64,000 bases of DNA from a phage. Below the pieces are notes generated by a model, which had not been told where the DNA came from, did no database searches, and saw only the letters and a list, made by a program, of their open reading frames with translations. The position numbers and the translations under genes are program-made. The stretch is taken from the NCBI GenBank assembly GCA_036930585.1, contig GCA_036930585.1_3066.1; one strand, 5' to 3'. Positions 1 to 7,334 of this stretch are shown in pieces. The first letter of the stretch is position 1, and the number at the start of each line of letters is the position of its first letter.

Positions 1-247
1 ATCGTGATTCCTTAACAAATTTCATAATTTCATCAAATTCATATGCAGCAATTTTAAGCTGGTGTTCCTTTTTAATCTTTTTGCACTGTGCTTTCCAATC
101 ACGTACGCGTTTACGATAATGTCTTCCTTGATACCAGTATCCTACCCAATTTACGGGTACTAATAAAAATGGAACTACAAATGGAAGAATTAATACGAAC
201 AAAAATATTACGCCAGATTCAATATCAGTCATAAAGTCTATAACCAT
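1..247 (-). CDS. partial CDS (N-terminal part only), small hydrophobic protein
   Basis: Open minus-strand frame from ATG at 245-247 running off the window start; hydrophobic stretch VIFLFVLILPFVVPFLLVPVNW; absent from ORF track because truncated. Confidence 0.35.
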   Translation of the reverse strand, partial: MVIDFMTDIESGVIFLFVLILPFVVPFLLVPVNWVGYWYQGRHYRKRVRDWKAQCKKIKKEHQLKIAAYEFDEIMKFVKESR

Positions 248-344
248 TCCAACAATCAATAGAATTACAAATGATATAGCTGTCACAGGACCTATTAATA
301 TATCAGTAGGAATTAGCTGGCGCTTTAATTCATACTTCACAGGT

Positions 345-950
345 TTACTTGGAAGGTATAGTGATGGCTTTGACATATTCTCTACATTCCTTAACAAATT
401 TTTCTAATAATAAATCGCTTTCAAAATTAGGATTTTCCACGAATTTATCAAAAAGATCATCAACAATAGTTAAGATATTCTTTTTGCTAAGAATACGTTT
501 ATTTTCATATTTTGTTTCAGAGTCAACTATAAGAGTAAAGAAATATTTCTTTCCCTGAAATTTTACCGTAGTATCAATATAAAATAAATTTGACTTTTGT
601 AAATTACGTTTAAACCATGCGTCACTTAAACTATAAACGCCAAGATAATCATAATCGTCATTTAAATAACAAACTGTCCATTCAGGAGAAATGAAATCAG
701 TAAATTCAACATCAAAATCACATGTCAATGAATGAATTGATTCAATACTTTTAATGAGTATTCCAGGACGTATTAAAGACTTTTTACCTTTATAAAATCC
801 AGAAAGACTTTCATCAGTTTCATATGAAGACCCCCAATAGTAATTACGTCCTTCTGCCATACGTTTAAGAGCATTTAGTAATTGATCTGGAACATCAACC
901 TGTCTTTGGAACTCTTCAAACATTGAATTGAAATCACTTTGCATTTTCAT
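345..950 (-). CDS. hypothetical protein (201 aa)
   Basis: ORF track; ATG start; co-oriented with neighbouring early genes; no motif recognised. Confidence 0.6.
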   Translation of the reverse strand: MKMQSDFNSMFEEFQRQVDVPDQLLNALKRMAEGRNYYWGSSYETDESLSGFYKGKKSLIRPGILIKSIESIHSLTCDFDVEFTDFISPEWTVCYLNDDYDYLGVYSLSDAWFKRNLQKSNLFYIDTTVKFQGKKYFFTLIVDSETKYENKRILSKKNILTIVDDLFDKFVENPNFESDLLLEKFVKECREYVKAITIPSK

Positions 951-971
951 TCCTATTTACTCCAAGTAATA

Positions 972-985
972 GGGGCCGAAGCCCC
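972..985 (-). other. intergenic GC hairpin GGGGC-CGAA-GCCCC
   Basis: Perfect 5-bp GC stem with tetraloop between two minus-strand ORFs; no T-run, so more likely an RNA stability or processing element than a terminator. Confidence 0.4.
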
Positions 986-991
986 TTATCA

Positions 992-1585
992 TTATTTCAG
1001 AGAATTAATATATTCCTGGACATCGGCAGAGGTAGTTTCAACCCCGGAAATATTACCATTAAAGGTTTCAACTCGGGCGAGAGTATCTTCAATATCAACT
1101 TTAGTTAGCGCTGCAATTTCAACTACATCATCAGCAGTACTAATTCCAAGGGCATTTGCTGCACGAGTTTCACGGATATATTCCAATTTAACTGCAAGTT
1201 CTTGGCGAGCATCATCCAATTCAACTACTTTCTTGGCGATTTCAATTCGCATTTCAGCATAACCATCAGCTTTAGTAGTCAACTGTTCAGCTGTTCGACG
1301 ATATAGCAAGCCGAGTTTAGCATGCATTGTTACATCTTGACCTTCAGAAAGAAGCTTGCGAATTTCACGCTCTTTTGATTCGGCCTGCTTATTCTTTTCG
1401 ACAATAAGTTCACGAATACGCTTTTCTTCATTAATAGATTTAACAGAAGCAGTTTTTAGATCTTTAATCTTATCAAGTAGTTTTGCTGCCGCAGCAGTAT
1501 ACTGTTCTTCAACAGATAGATTTTTAGCCATAGCAGAACCAAGTTTAGTGCGAATAAACTCAACAATTTTCTTCAGTGTGTTCAT
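992..1585 (-). CDS. hypothetical coiled-coil protein (197 aa), possibly PspA/IM30-like
   Basis: ORF track; heptad-rich, charged sequence ([34 protein letters not shown]); family assignment is speculative. Confidence 0.55.
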
Positions 1586-1659
1586 AACATTTCCTTTAGT
1601 TAATTAAGGGTTTTATAATCCGTGGGAGTATTATACTCTACTCCCAAGAGTTTGTAAAC

Positions 1660-1992
1660 TTATTCTTCGTCCAATTCATCAATAAATTTATCGATACTAC
1701 TATTAATAGACTCATCGATGATTAACAAAGCATCATCATCCATAATATTAATATTTTCTAAAGCATCAATATAAGCTTGATTGACTATAGACCATGCCCT
1801 TTGAAAATATGGGGCTTCATCATCAGGACTGAACCAACGTACACCTTCAAAGATACGGTTAGCATAATCCAATACCCACTGTACAGGCATGTTTTGAGAA
1901 CGTTCGTTAAACTCTTTAAATTCCTTAGATTCAAAAAGCTCTTCGGGATAATAATTTCGATTACAAAAAGCTTTACTAAAGTTACGTTTCAT
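1660..1992 (-). CDS. hypothetical protein (110 aa), acidic C-terminus
   Basis: ORF track; ATG start; C-terminal DDDALLIIDESINSSIDKFIDELDEE. Confidence 0.55.
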   Translation of the reverse strand: MKRNFSKAFCNRNYYPEELFESKEFKEFNERSQNMPVQWVLDYANRIFEGVRWFSPDDEAPYFQRAWSIVNQAYIDALENINIMDDDALLIIDESINSSIDKFIDELDEE

Positions 1993-2047
1993 AATGTTCT
2001 CCTCAAGTTACAGGCTCATAATATCTCAATCATGAGCCTGTGTAAAC

Positions 2048-2311
2048 TTATTTCATATTATTGAAATATTCTTCTGCGATTTCATCGTTATCGTGGTAAA
2101 CTTTAGAAGACAGTTTAACATAACTTTCAGCTGTGAACATGTTAATCACAACCTTTACAGTATACCACTGACCATCTTCATTACCCATTACTGCGTAAGT
2201 TTCAAACATCGGATGATCAGGACCGATAACTTTAATATCATTCACTGTACGACCGAAATCTTCTGAAACACATTTCATAAAGAAGTTGAACAGTTCGCCG
2301 TAATTATCCAT
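2048..2311 (-). CDS. hypothetical protein (87 aa)
   Basis: Track ORF 2048..2323 appears to begin on TTG; first in-frame ATG (MDNYGELF) is preceded by GGAGAA SD. Confidence 0.5.
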   Translation of the reverse strand: MDNYGELFNFFMKCVSEDFGRTVNDIKVIGPDHPMFETYAVMGNEDGQWYTVKVVINMFTAESYVKLSSKVYHDNDEIAEEYFNNMK

Positions 2312-2354
2312 TTCATTCTCCAAGTTGTTTTCTGTATCAGTAGTTGATAGTTGT

Positions 2355-2384
2355 ATAGTACCATGGAAGAACAGGGATGTAAAC
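2355..2384 (-). promoter_or_regulatory. early promoter (sigma70-type): -35 GTTTAC, 18-nt gap, extended -10 TGgTACTAT
   Basis: Minus strand reads cacaaaactGTTTAC-N18-TACTAT upstream of orf 2048..2311; same architecture at four other sites. Confidence 0.5.
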
Positions 2385-2516
2385 AGTTTTGTGAAAAAAT
2401 TTTTAAAAAGTTTTAGGGAATTCTAGGGCAGGGAGGGGAAATCAAAGGATAGGATAATATATTATAAAGGGTATAAACTAAATGATGCCTAGAGAGGCCC
2501 GGAAAGGCCTAGATAC

Positions 2517-2542
2517 CAAAAAGCCCTATCATTTAGATAGGG
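2517..2542 (-). terminator. rho-independent terminator (hairpin CCCTATC/GATAGGG + T-run)
   Basis: 7-bp stem followed by CTTTTT on minus strand just downstream of IP-like gene 2551..3114; second hairpin AGGCC-CGGAAA-GGCCT at 2495-2510. Confidence 0.5.
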
Positions 2543-2550
2543 ATTTAAAA

Positions 2551-3114
2551 TTATTTACCTAGTTTACTTATTATAGCTTCTGCAGCAGCTTTTAGCTTAG
2601 ATGCAGTGTTAATACGATTTTTAATTTCAGTATACGCATCGCCAAGAACATCAAGGCTATCAGAATAAACACTTACACTATTGCGTTCGCTATTTGAAAT
2701 AGAACCTTTAGTTTTGCGGTCAAAATCGGTGTACACGTCTTGAAGATCGCGGGCTGCCTTCTTTGCATCATCCAATGCATCAAGAGCTTTATTCAAAGCA
2801 TTAACGTATTTTTTAGTGTCGAACATATTCTTAGAAATTTTAACAGGTGCGCGTTCAGGAGTAGCTAACACAGATTTAGGAACCTGAGCGCCAGATGCCA
2901 ATTTCTTAGAAATTTTGAAAAATGCTTTATTGAATTTATTTTCTTGACTCATTGTAAAAGAACTATTATCGATGTTGTACATTTCAATAGCTTTAGCTTT
3001 CCACTTAAGAAAATCGCCGCGGTCTTTTGGGTCCAATTGGAAGAATACTTTAGTAAGATCTGCTTCAGATGGTAATTTTGCTGCTTCGGTTAAAAATTCG
3101 GCATAGGTTTTCAT
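2551..3114 (-). CDS. internal-protein-like head protein with N-terminal capsid targeting sequence (187 aa)
   Basis: N-terminus MKTYAEFLTEA resembles the T4 IP capsid-targeting sequence MKTYQEFIAE with a gp21-type (L/I)xE cleavage site. Confidence 0.6.
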   Translation of the reverse strand: MKTYAEFLTEAAKLPSEADLTKVFFQLDPKDRGDFLKWKAKAIEMYNIDNSSFTMSQENKFNKAFFKISKKLASGAQVPKSVLATPERAPVKISKNMFDTKKYVNALNKALDALDDAKKAARDLQDVYTDFDRKTKGSISNSERNSVSVYSDSLDVLGDAYTEIKNRINTASKLKAAAEAIISKLGK

Positions 3115-3203
3115 TTAAAATCCTTGAAATAATTTATCGGTTGGTTATTAATTATTTATTACTTTGTTACTATCCGTAACAGCGTTATCCGAGTGATTCA
3201 AAC

Positions 3204-3231
3204 TAAAAAGCCCCAACCTTTCGGTCGGGGC
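3204..3231 (-). terminator. rho-independent terminator (GCCCCGACC-GAAA-GGTTGGGGC + T5)
   Basis: Minus-strand hairpin followed by TTTTT; 31-bp sequence identical to copy at 3759-3786. Confidence 0.6.
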
Positions 3232-3239
3232 TAAGAATG

Positions 3240-3713
3240 TCATTTGATTTGTTTAGCAGACCAAATGCGGTCTTTAATAATTTTTTGGATGTCTTCAACA
3301 TACTCAAGAGAGTGAACATGTGGATTATCTTTGAAACTATAAGCACGGGCTAACTTTTGGCCTTCGGTTTTGATTACTAAAAGCTCTTTAAGGATAGCTT
3401 CATATTTGGAGATAATTCCTTTAACAATATTTTTCTCTTGTGTGACTTTAGGATCTTCTTTAGGAGCAGGTTTACCTGAAGCCTTTGCAAAAGCAGCGCC
3501 AGTAGCAACTAAACTTTTCCAGGCCATACTAACTGCATTCCCTGTAAATCCTTCGGCTTTCATATCACGAGCAAATTGGAATCGTGATTCATCGGAAGCA
3601 TCTTTATAGGAATATTTACCCGCGGCAATGGCTGCTTTTGCGACAGCTTGAATTTCGGTGCTAGATGCTTCATTTAACACCGCTTCATTTAAAAATTGAG
3701 CATATGATTTCAT
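3240..3713 (-). CDS. internal-protein-like head protein with N-terminal capsid targeting sequence (157 aa)
   Basis: N-terminus MKSYAQFLNEA (CTS-like, LNE-A cleavage motif); Ala/Lys-rich; minus-strand TATAAATA upstream. Confidence 0.6.
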   Translation of the reverse strand: MKSYAQFLNEAVLNEASSTEIQAVAKAAIAAGKYSYKDASDESRFQFARDMKAEGFTGNAVSMAWKSLVATGAAFAKASGKPAPKEDPKVTQEKNIVKGIISKYEAILKELLVIKTEGQKLARAYSFKDNPHVHSLEYVEDIQKIIKDRIWSAKQIK

Positions 3714-3749
3714 CTTATTTCCTGTTTTAATTCGTGGTTTTAATATACT

Positions 3750-3757
3750 TATTTATA
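3750..3757 (-). promoter_or_regulatory. late promoter TATAAATA
   Basis: Exact TATAAATA on minus strand about 37 nt upstream of ATG at 3713. Confidence 0.5.
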
Positions 3758-3758
3758 C

Positions 3759-3786
3759 TAAAAAGCCCCAACCTTTCGGTCGGGGC
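3759..3786 (-). terminator. rho-independent terminator (identical copy of 3204-3231)
   Basis: Same hairpin + T-run; ends the transcript coming from the tRNA / stable-RNA region. Confidence 0.6.
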
Positions 3787-3792
3787 TAAGCC

Positions 3793-4098
3793 TTGCGGCA
3801 ACCTTGTCGGGGTTCCACCTGCTAAGGCAAGTGTTTGTACGAAACGCCGGGATTCGAACCCGGTTATTAAGCAGTTGACGCTACTCAATATTTTTAAAAG
3901 GCCATATCTCGACCATATCCGAACGTTCCGTCAAAAACGCTACTCGGCTTACGGCAAAGATATTTCCTCGAATCGATAATTCGGTGCGCCGTTTCAGCTG
4001 TGATGTAAGGGGACATTAACAGATCGTAAAGATTTGTTAATGCCAGTCCTTACCCAGGGAACATCAGTCCGACGACTTACCGGTAGCGACCCGGTTTC
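3793..4098 (-). ncRNA. candidate stable small RNA(s) of the tRNA region (tRNA-like T-arm motif)
   Basis: About 300 bp with no credible ORF between orf 4099..4449 and a terminator; minus strand contains CCGGG-TTCGAAT-CCCGG (plus coords 3847-3863) without a full cloverleaf; by position analogous to T4 stable RNAs rnaC/rnaD. Confidence 0.35.
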
Positions 4099-4449
4099 TT
4101 AATATTCTTTTAAAGCATCAATCTGTTCACGGCGTTTACGCCATAAATTAATTACTTCATAAGCGGATTCAGCATTTCGAATTGGTCGGCATTTATATAA
4201 AGACTTGCGATTTTGATATTGTGTAGATAACGGAATTTTATCTAAAAGGTCTTTACGTTCAAAGTATTCGTAACCATCTAAGCCAAATGAACGATTTTTG
4301 AGAAATTGCCAATGACCAAATTCGTTTTGAATATAAATATAATCCGCGTGTTGATAAAGTAAATTAATTTCACGAAATGAGATATGTTTTTCATATTCAT
4401 TGAAGTAAAATGTTAAATCATGAACTACTAAATAAACATTACCTTTCAT
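4099..4449 (-). CDS. hypothetical protein (116 aa)
   Basis: ORF track; ATG with GAGGA SD; lies between tRNA-Arg and the candidate stable-RNA region. Confidence 0.55.
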   Translation of the reverse strand: MKGNVYLVVHDLTFYFNEYEKHISFREINLLYQHADYIYIQNEFGHWQFLKNRSFGLDGYEYFERKDLLDKIPLSTQYQNRKSLYKCRPIRNAESAYEVINLWRKRREQIDALKEY

Positions 4450-4467
4450 ATTTTCCTCACTTATAAT

Positions 4468-4543
4468 TGGTCGAGGCAGTAGGGATCGAACCTACGACCC
4501 AGGACTTAGAAGGTCCTTGCTCTTCCTTCTGAGCTATGCCTCG
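4468..4543 (-). tRNA. tRNA-Arg (anticodon UCU)
   Basis: Hand-folded: acceptor CGAGGCA/TGCCTCG, anticodon loop CUUCUAA, T-arm GGTTCGATCC, discriminator A, encoded CCA. Confidence 0.85.
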
Positions 4544-4547
4544 TAAT

Positions 4548-4623
4548 TGGGGTGACCGATGGGAGTCGAACCCATGACTACGAGAATCACAATCTCGAGT
4601 TCTACCAACTAAACTACGGCCAC
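4548..4623 (-). tRNA. tRNA-His (anticodon GUG)
   Basis: Acceptor GTGGCCG/CGGTCAC (one G-U), anticodon stem CGAGA/TCTCG, loop UUGUGAU, discriminator C, CCA encoded; no encoded G-1. Confidence 0.65.
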
Positions 4624-4717
4624 ATTAATACCTACTCCAACAATCAAGATGTCTTCACACGAAATTAAGAGAAGAGTGATCAGTTCAACCCCGATAATCG
4701 CGTCAAGTAGATATTAA

Positions 4718-4733
4718 TGTGACAATTGTCACA
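4718..4733. repeat. perfect 16-bp palindrome TGTGACAATTGTCACA (CRP-consensus-like; also an RNA hairpin)
   Basis: In the 114-bp gap between tRNA-His and tRNA-Asn, 4 nt from the 3' end of tRNA-Asn. Confidence 0.5.
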
Positions 4734-4737
4734 AATT

Positions 4738-4812
4738 TGGCGGACGTGATAGGATTCGAACCTATAACCAATCGCTTAACAGGCGATCGCTCTGCCATTG
4801 AGCTACACATCC
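4738..4812 (-). tRNA. tRNA-Asn (anticodon GUU)
   Basis: Acceptor GGATGTG/CACGTCC, D-stem GCTC/GAGC, anticodon stem ATCGC/GCGAT, loop CUGUUAA, discriminator G, CCA encoded. Confidence 0.7.
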
Positions 4813-4816
4813 AAAT

Positions 4817-4903
4817 TGGTGGGGAGTGATGGAGTCGAACCACCCGAGTCGCAATGACAATGGATTTACAGTCCACACCGCTACCTCTACGGGATAACTC
4901 CCC
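4817..4903 (-). tRNA. tRNA-Tyr (anticodon GUA), long variable arm
   Basis: 87 nt; acceptor GGGGAGT/ACTCCCC, anticodon loop CUGUAAA, long variable arm, T-loop TTCGACT, discriminator A, CCA; D-arm pairing irregular. Confidence 0.6.
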
Positions 4904-4916
4904 TTAATTCTTAATT

Positions 4917-4991
4917 TGGTGGCCCTGGGTGGAATTGAACCACCATCTGGCGATTATGAGTCGCTTGCTTGAACCTTCCAGCTACAGGGCC
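4917..4991 (-). tRNA. tRNA with CAU anticodon (Ile2/lysidine-type, or Met)
   Basis: Acceptor GGCCCTG/CAGGGCC, anticodon loop CUCAUAA, discriminator A, CCA; anticodon arm resembles bacterial tRNA-Ile2. Confidence 0.65.
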
Positions 4992-4992
4992 T

Positions 4993-5068
4993 TGGTGCTG
5001 ATTGACGGAATCGAACCGCCGACCTTCTCATTACAAGTGAGTTGCTCTACCTACTGAGCTAAATCAGC
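4993..5068 (-). tRNA. tRNA-Thr (anticodon UGU)
   Basis: Acceptor GCTGATT/AATCAGC, D-stem GCTC/GAGC, anticodon loop CUUGUAA, T-loop TTCGATT, discriminator A, CCA. Confidence 0.8.
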
Positions 5069-5073
5069 AAAAC

Positions 5074-5163
5074 TGGCGGAGGCGATAGGATTTGAACCTA
5101 TGAGTCGCCGGAGCGACTGCCGGTTTTCAAGACCGGTGCATTAAACCACTCTGCCACACCTCC
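5074..5163 (-). tRNA. tRNA-Ser (anticodon UGA), long variable arm
   Basis: 90 nt; acceptor GGAGGTG/CGCCTCC, anticodon stem CCGGT/ACCGG, loop CUUGAAA, discriminator G, CCA. Confidence 0.8.
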
Positions 5164-5165
5164 AG

Positions 5166-5239
5166 TCTCCATACAAGGATTTGAACCTTGGACCTCCTGA
5201 TCCCAAATCAGGCGCTCTACCAAACTGAGCTACACGGAG
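5166..5239 (-). tRNA. tRNA-Pro (anticodon UGG), CCA not encoded
   Basis: Acceptor CTCCGTG/TATGGAG (two G-U), anticodon stem CCTGA/TCAGG, loop UUUGGGA, discriminator A; 2 nt from tRNA-Ser. Confidence 0.75.
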
Positions 5240-5249
5240 TAAATTAAAT

Positions 5250-5323
<74 letters not shown>

Positions 5324-5328
5324 AAATT

Positions 5329-5415
5329 TGGTGCGAGAAGTGGGACTCGAACCCACAAGGAAATCATTCCGCAGCATTTTAAGTGCTGTGCCTTTACCAA
5401 TTTGGCCATTCTCGC
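5329..5415 (-). tRNA. tRNA-Leu (anticodon UAA), long variable arm
   Basis: 87 nt; acceptor GCGAGAA/TTCTCGC, anticodon stem CAGCA/TGCTG, loop CUUAAAA, T-loop TTCGAGT, discriminator A, CCA. Confidence 0.8.
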
Positions 5416-5421
5416 GTTATA

Positions 5422-6030
5422 TTATTTATTACGTGAAAAAGACTGTTCTATCAATTCTGGACACTTTCGTTCTATCCATTTTCTAGCTTTTTGTGGGCTT
5501 ATACCTATTATTTTAGCAGCTTTACTAACCCATCCAAATTTAGAATAATCGATTTTAACTAATTCTTCGTAAATTTCATCAGTTAAAATCTTTTCATTAA
5601 TATTTACCAGTAAATGATATAATTTGTTATCATTAGCAATTTTAATGAATCTTTTATAGTTTCCGCCTTTACTTAAACCTAATGAAGTAATTGCAGATGA
5701 TATAGTAGCCGAATTTAATAATGCGTTTAAAATTTCTTCATCACTAACATTATAACGCTTTTTATTATTTTTAATATTTTTACCAGCAAAAGTATCAGTT
5801 TGCGAATGACAGTTTGGACATAATAATCTTAAATTTGATTTAAGATGATTTTTGTTATTTCCATCAATATGGTCTAATTGCAGAACAATATGCTTATTTT
5901 GCCATTTTGAAATTTTACAAATTGCACACTCATATGGAAAAATATTTTCTTTTATTATTTTGTCTTTCAGCTTTCCTGTACTAAAATTTGGATGTTTTCC
6001 TTCAAAAATTTCAGCTAATTTAGTATCCAT
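5422..6030 (-). CDS. free-standing HNH homing endonuclease (about 202 aa)
   Basis: HNH motif CAICK...LQLDHIDGNNKNHLKSNLRLLCPNCH; basic C-terminal DNA-binding region; track start 6054 appears non-ATG, first ATG at 6030 (MDTKLAEI); abuts the tRNA cluster. Confidence 0.75.
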   Translation of the reverse strand: MDTKLAEIFEGKHPNFSTGKLKDKIIKENIFPYECAICKISKWQNKHIVLQLDHIDGNNKNHLKSNLRLLCPNCHSQTDTFAGKNIKNNKKRYNVSDEEILNALLNSATISSAITSLGLSKGGNYKRFIKIANDNKLYHLLVNINEKILTDEIYEELVKIDYSKFGWVSKAAKIIGISPQKARKWIERKCPELIEQSFSRNK

Positions 6031-6104
6031 AATATGATTCCCAATTATTAACAAAGGCTCTCAAATAAGAACCCTTGATGATAGAGGGTATTAATCAGTG
6101 CGAT

Positions 6105-6146
6105 ATGAGTTAATAATAACAAATAATTCTTAAAGCATATTTACCA
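6105..6146 (-). repeat. about 40-bp repeat containing a MotA-type middle promoter (copy 1)
   Basis: ATGA(G/A)TTAATAATAACAAATAATTCTTAAAGCAT nearly identical to 63522-63565 upstream of gene 31; minus strand has MotA box TGCTTTA + 12 nt + TATTAT. Confidence 0.55.
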
Positions 6147-6431
6147 TTTATAATAATAATACATATTTACGATGCATTCAAGACCCAAAGGATTCTTGAA
6201 AATATCATATTCAAGAGGACCTTTTTCTGTTTCAATAAAGAAATCAAAATTTACTGTATTAAATTTACGTTCTTCCTTCACTAATTTAACTTGAGAAGAT
6301 GAACGGTCAATGTAAACCTTTTCAACTTCAAAACATGTTAAAATGCCATAATCATCAATCAAAGCTTTAGCCGCGTCTTGATCATATTTATATCCATTTT
6401 CAATGGATGATACTTTCGCATAAAGAATCAT
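6141..6431 (-). CDS. hypothetical protein (96 aa)
   Basis: ORF track; ATG start; compact early-gene spacing. Confidence 0.5.
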   Translation of the reverse strand: MILYAKVSSIENGYKYDQDAAKALIDDYGILTCFEVEKVYIDRSSSQVKLVKEERKFNTVNFDFFIETEKGPLEYDIFKNPLGLECIVNMYYYYKW

Positions 6432-6433
6432 TA

Positions 6434-6832
6434 TCAGCCTTCATCAACAATAGTGTGAGTATTAGCATTTACGATTTGCCACCAATCAAAGCGATTAGAA
6501 TCCATCGGTTTGTTTTCATTTTCTTTGATAATGTCACGGAGTTCATCTTCAGAGAATGCTTTAGCGATTAAATCGGTATACCCACCACGTGGATAATAAT
6601 TATCACCTGCAAACAAAAGGAAATTTACCTTCCCGGAAGGAACATACGCTTCCTTAGGATACTTGTTTCCTGCGTGGTCAACCACTTCAATATAACGGTA
6701 AGGAATATCGGTTCTTTCAACCCATTGCCATGCCGCTGCAGGGGAATCGAAAGCATCTACACCTAAACGATTATCTTCATCTTTAGACGGATTATTTTCG
6801 TAATCCGCATATACATAATATTCAACGTTCAT
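6434..6832 (-). CDS. hypothetical protein (132 aa)
   Basis: ORF track; ATG start; stop 2 nt before downstream start. Confidence 0.5.
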   Translation of the reverse strand: MNVEYYVYADYENNPSKDEDNRLGVDAFDSPAAAWQWVERTDIPYRYIEVVDHAGNKYPKEAYVPSGKVNFLLFAGDNYYPRGGYTDLIAKAFSEDELRDIIKENENKPMDSNRFDWWQIVNANTHTIVDEG

Positions 6833-7017
6833 TATTCACCTTTAGAAATTTTATCCATAACAATAGCAATTAAACCAATTAAAAATGCTACTACAAGTGA
6901 AAACACATTTTCTGCTGTAGTCAATAATCCACATATAAATCCAACAAACATTGAAAAACTAAAAGCGGAAGCAGAAATTGCAATAGCAACATTTCGAATT
7001 AATTCACAACGTTTCAT
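6832..7017 (-). CDS. hypothetical small membrane protein (61 aa)
   Basis: ORF track; hydrophobic core FSFSMFVGFICGLLT...LVVAFLIGLIAIVM; promoter cassette upstream. Confidence 0.45.
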   Translation of the reverse strand: MKRCELIRNVAIAISASAFSFSMFVGFICGLLTTAENVFSLVVAFLIGLIAIVMDKISKGE

Positions 7018-7036
7018 TTTATTCTCCTCAGTAGTA

Positions 7037-7075
7037 GATAGGGTAATAGTATCACTACCCTATCTAAAAGTAAAC
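7037..7075 (-). promoter_or_regulatory. early promoter + hairpin cassette, copy A
   Basis: Minus strand GTTTAC-N18-TGaTACTAT; -10 sits in the loop of palindrome GATAGGG...CCCTATC; upstream of orf 6832..7017. Confidence 0.5.
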
Positions 7076-7309
7076 TTATTTTTTACGAAAAATTGATTTA
7101 TTTTCTGCTGCCCATTTTTCAATAACTGCAGCAGGACCAGTAACAACAATTTTATCACCGTAATCTTCTGCGGCGAGTTGACCGAAATTATCTAATGCAT
7201 CACGAAGAACTCCATGAGGCATTTCACCCATTTTATCTTTCTTGCCAGTGTAAATAAACTCAACTTTTACATCAGCAGTTTCAGCAATAAATTCTTGGTA
7301 AGTTTTCAT
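7076..7309 (-). CDS. ipI: internal protein I-like head protein with capsid targeting sequence (77 aa from MKTYQEFIAE)
   Basis: N-terminus MKTYQEFIAE matches the recalled T4 IP CTS exactly; lies just downstream of 57B as ipI does in T4; track ORF begins 4 codons earlier (MEIK). Confidence 0.65.
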   Translation of the reverse strand: MKTYQEFIAETADVKVEFIYTGKKDKMGEMPHGVLRDALDNFGQLAAEDYGDKIVVTGPAAVIEKWAAENKSIFRKK

Positions 7310-7334
7310 TTTGATTTCCATTTGGTTTTGTTTT

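Noticed and set aside
3734-3979. 81-aa plus-strand ORF in the candidate stable-RNA region
   Set aside because: Runs against the local transcription direction, spans a terminator hairpin, and has no ribosome-binding site; the region is better explained as non-coding RNA.
4111-4117. MotA-box-like TGCTTTA (minus strand) at the 3' end of orf 4099..4449 as a promoter for the stable-RNA region
   Set aside because: No acceptable -10 element at the expected 12-13 nt spacing; kept only as a note under the ncRNA finding.
4624-4717. Possible degenerate tRNA or promoter in the gap between tRNA-His and tRNA-Asn
   Set aside because: No T-arm consensus or acceptor pairing could be built, and the TTGACG-like hexamer has no matching -10; only the palindrome at 4718-4733 is reported.
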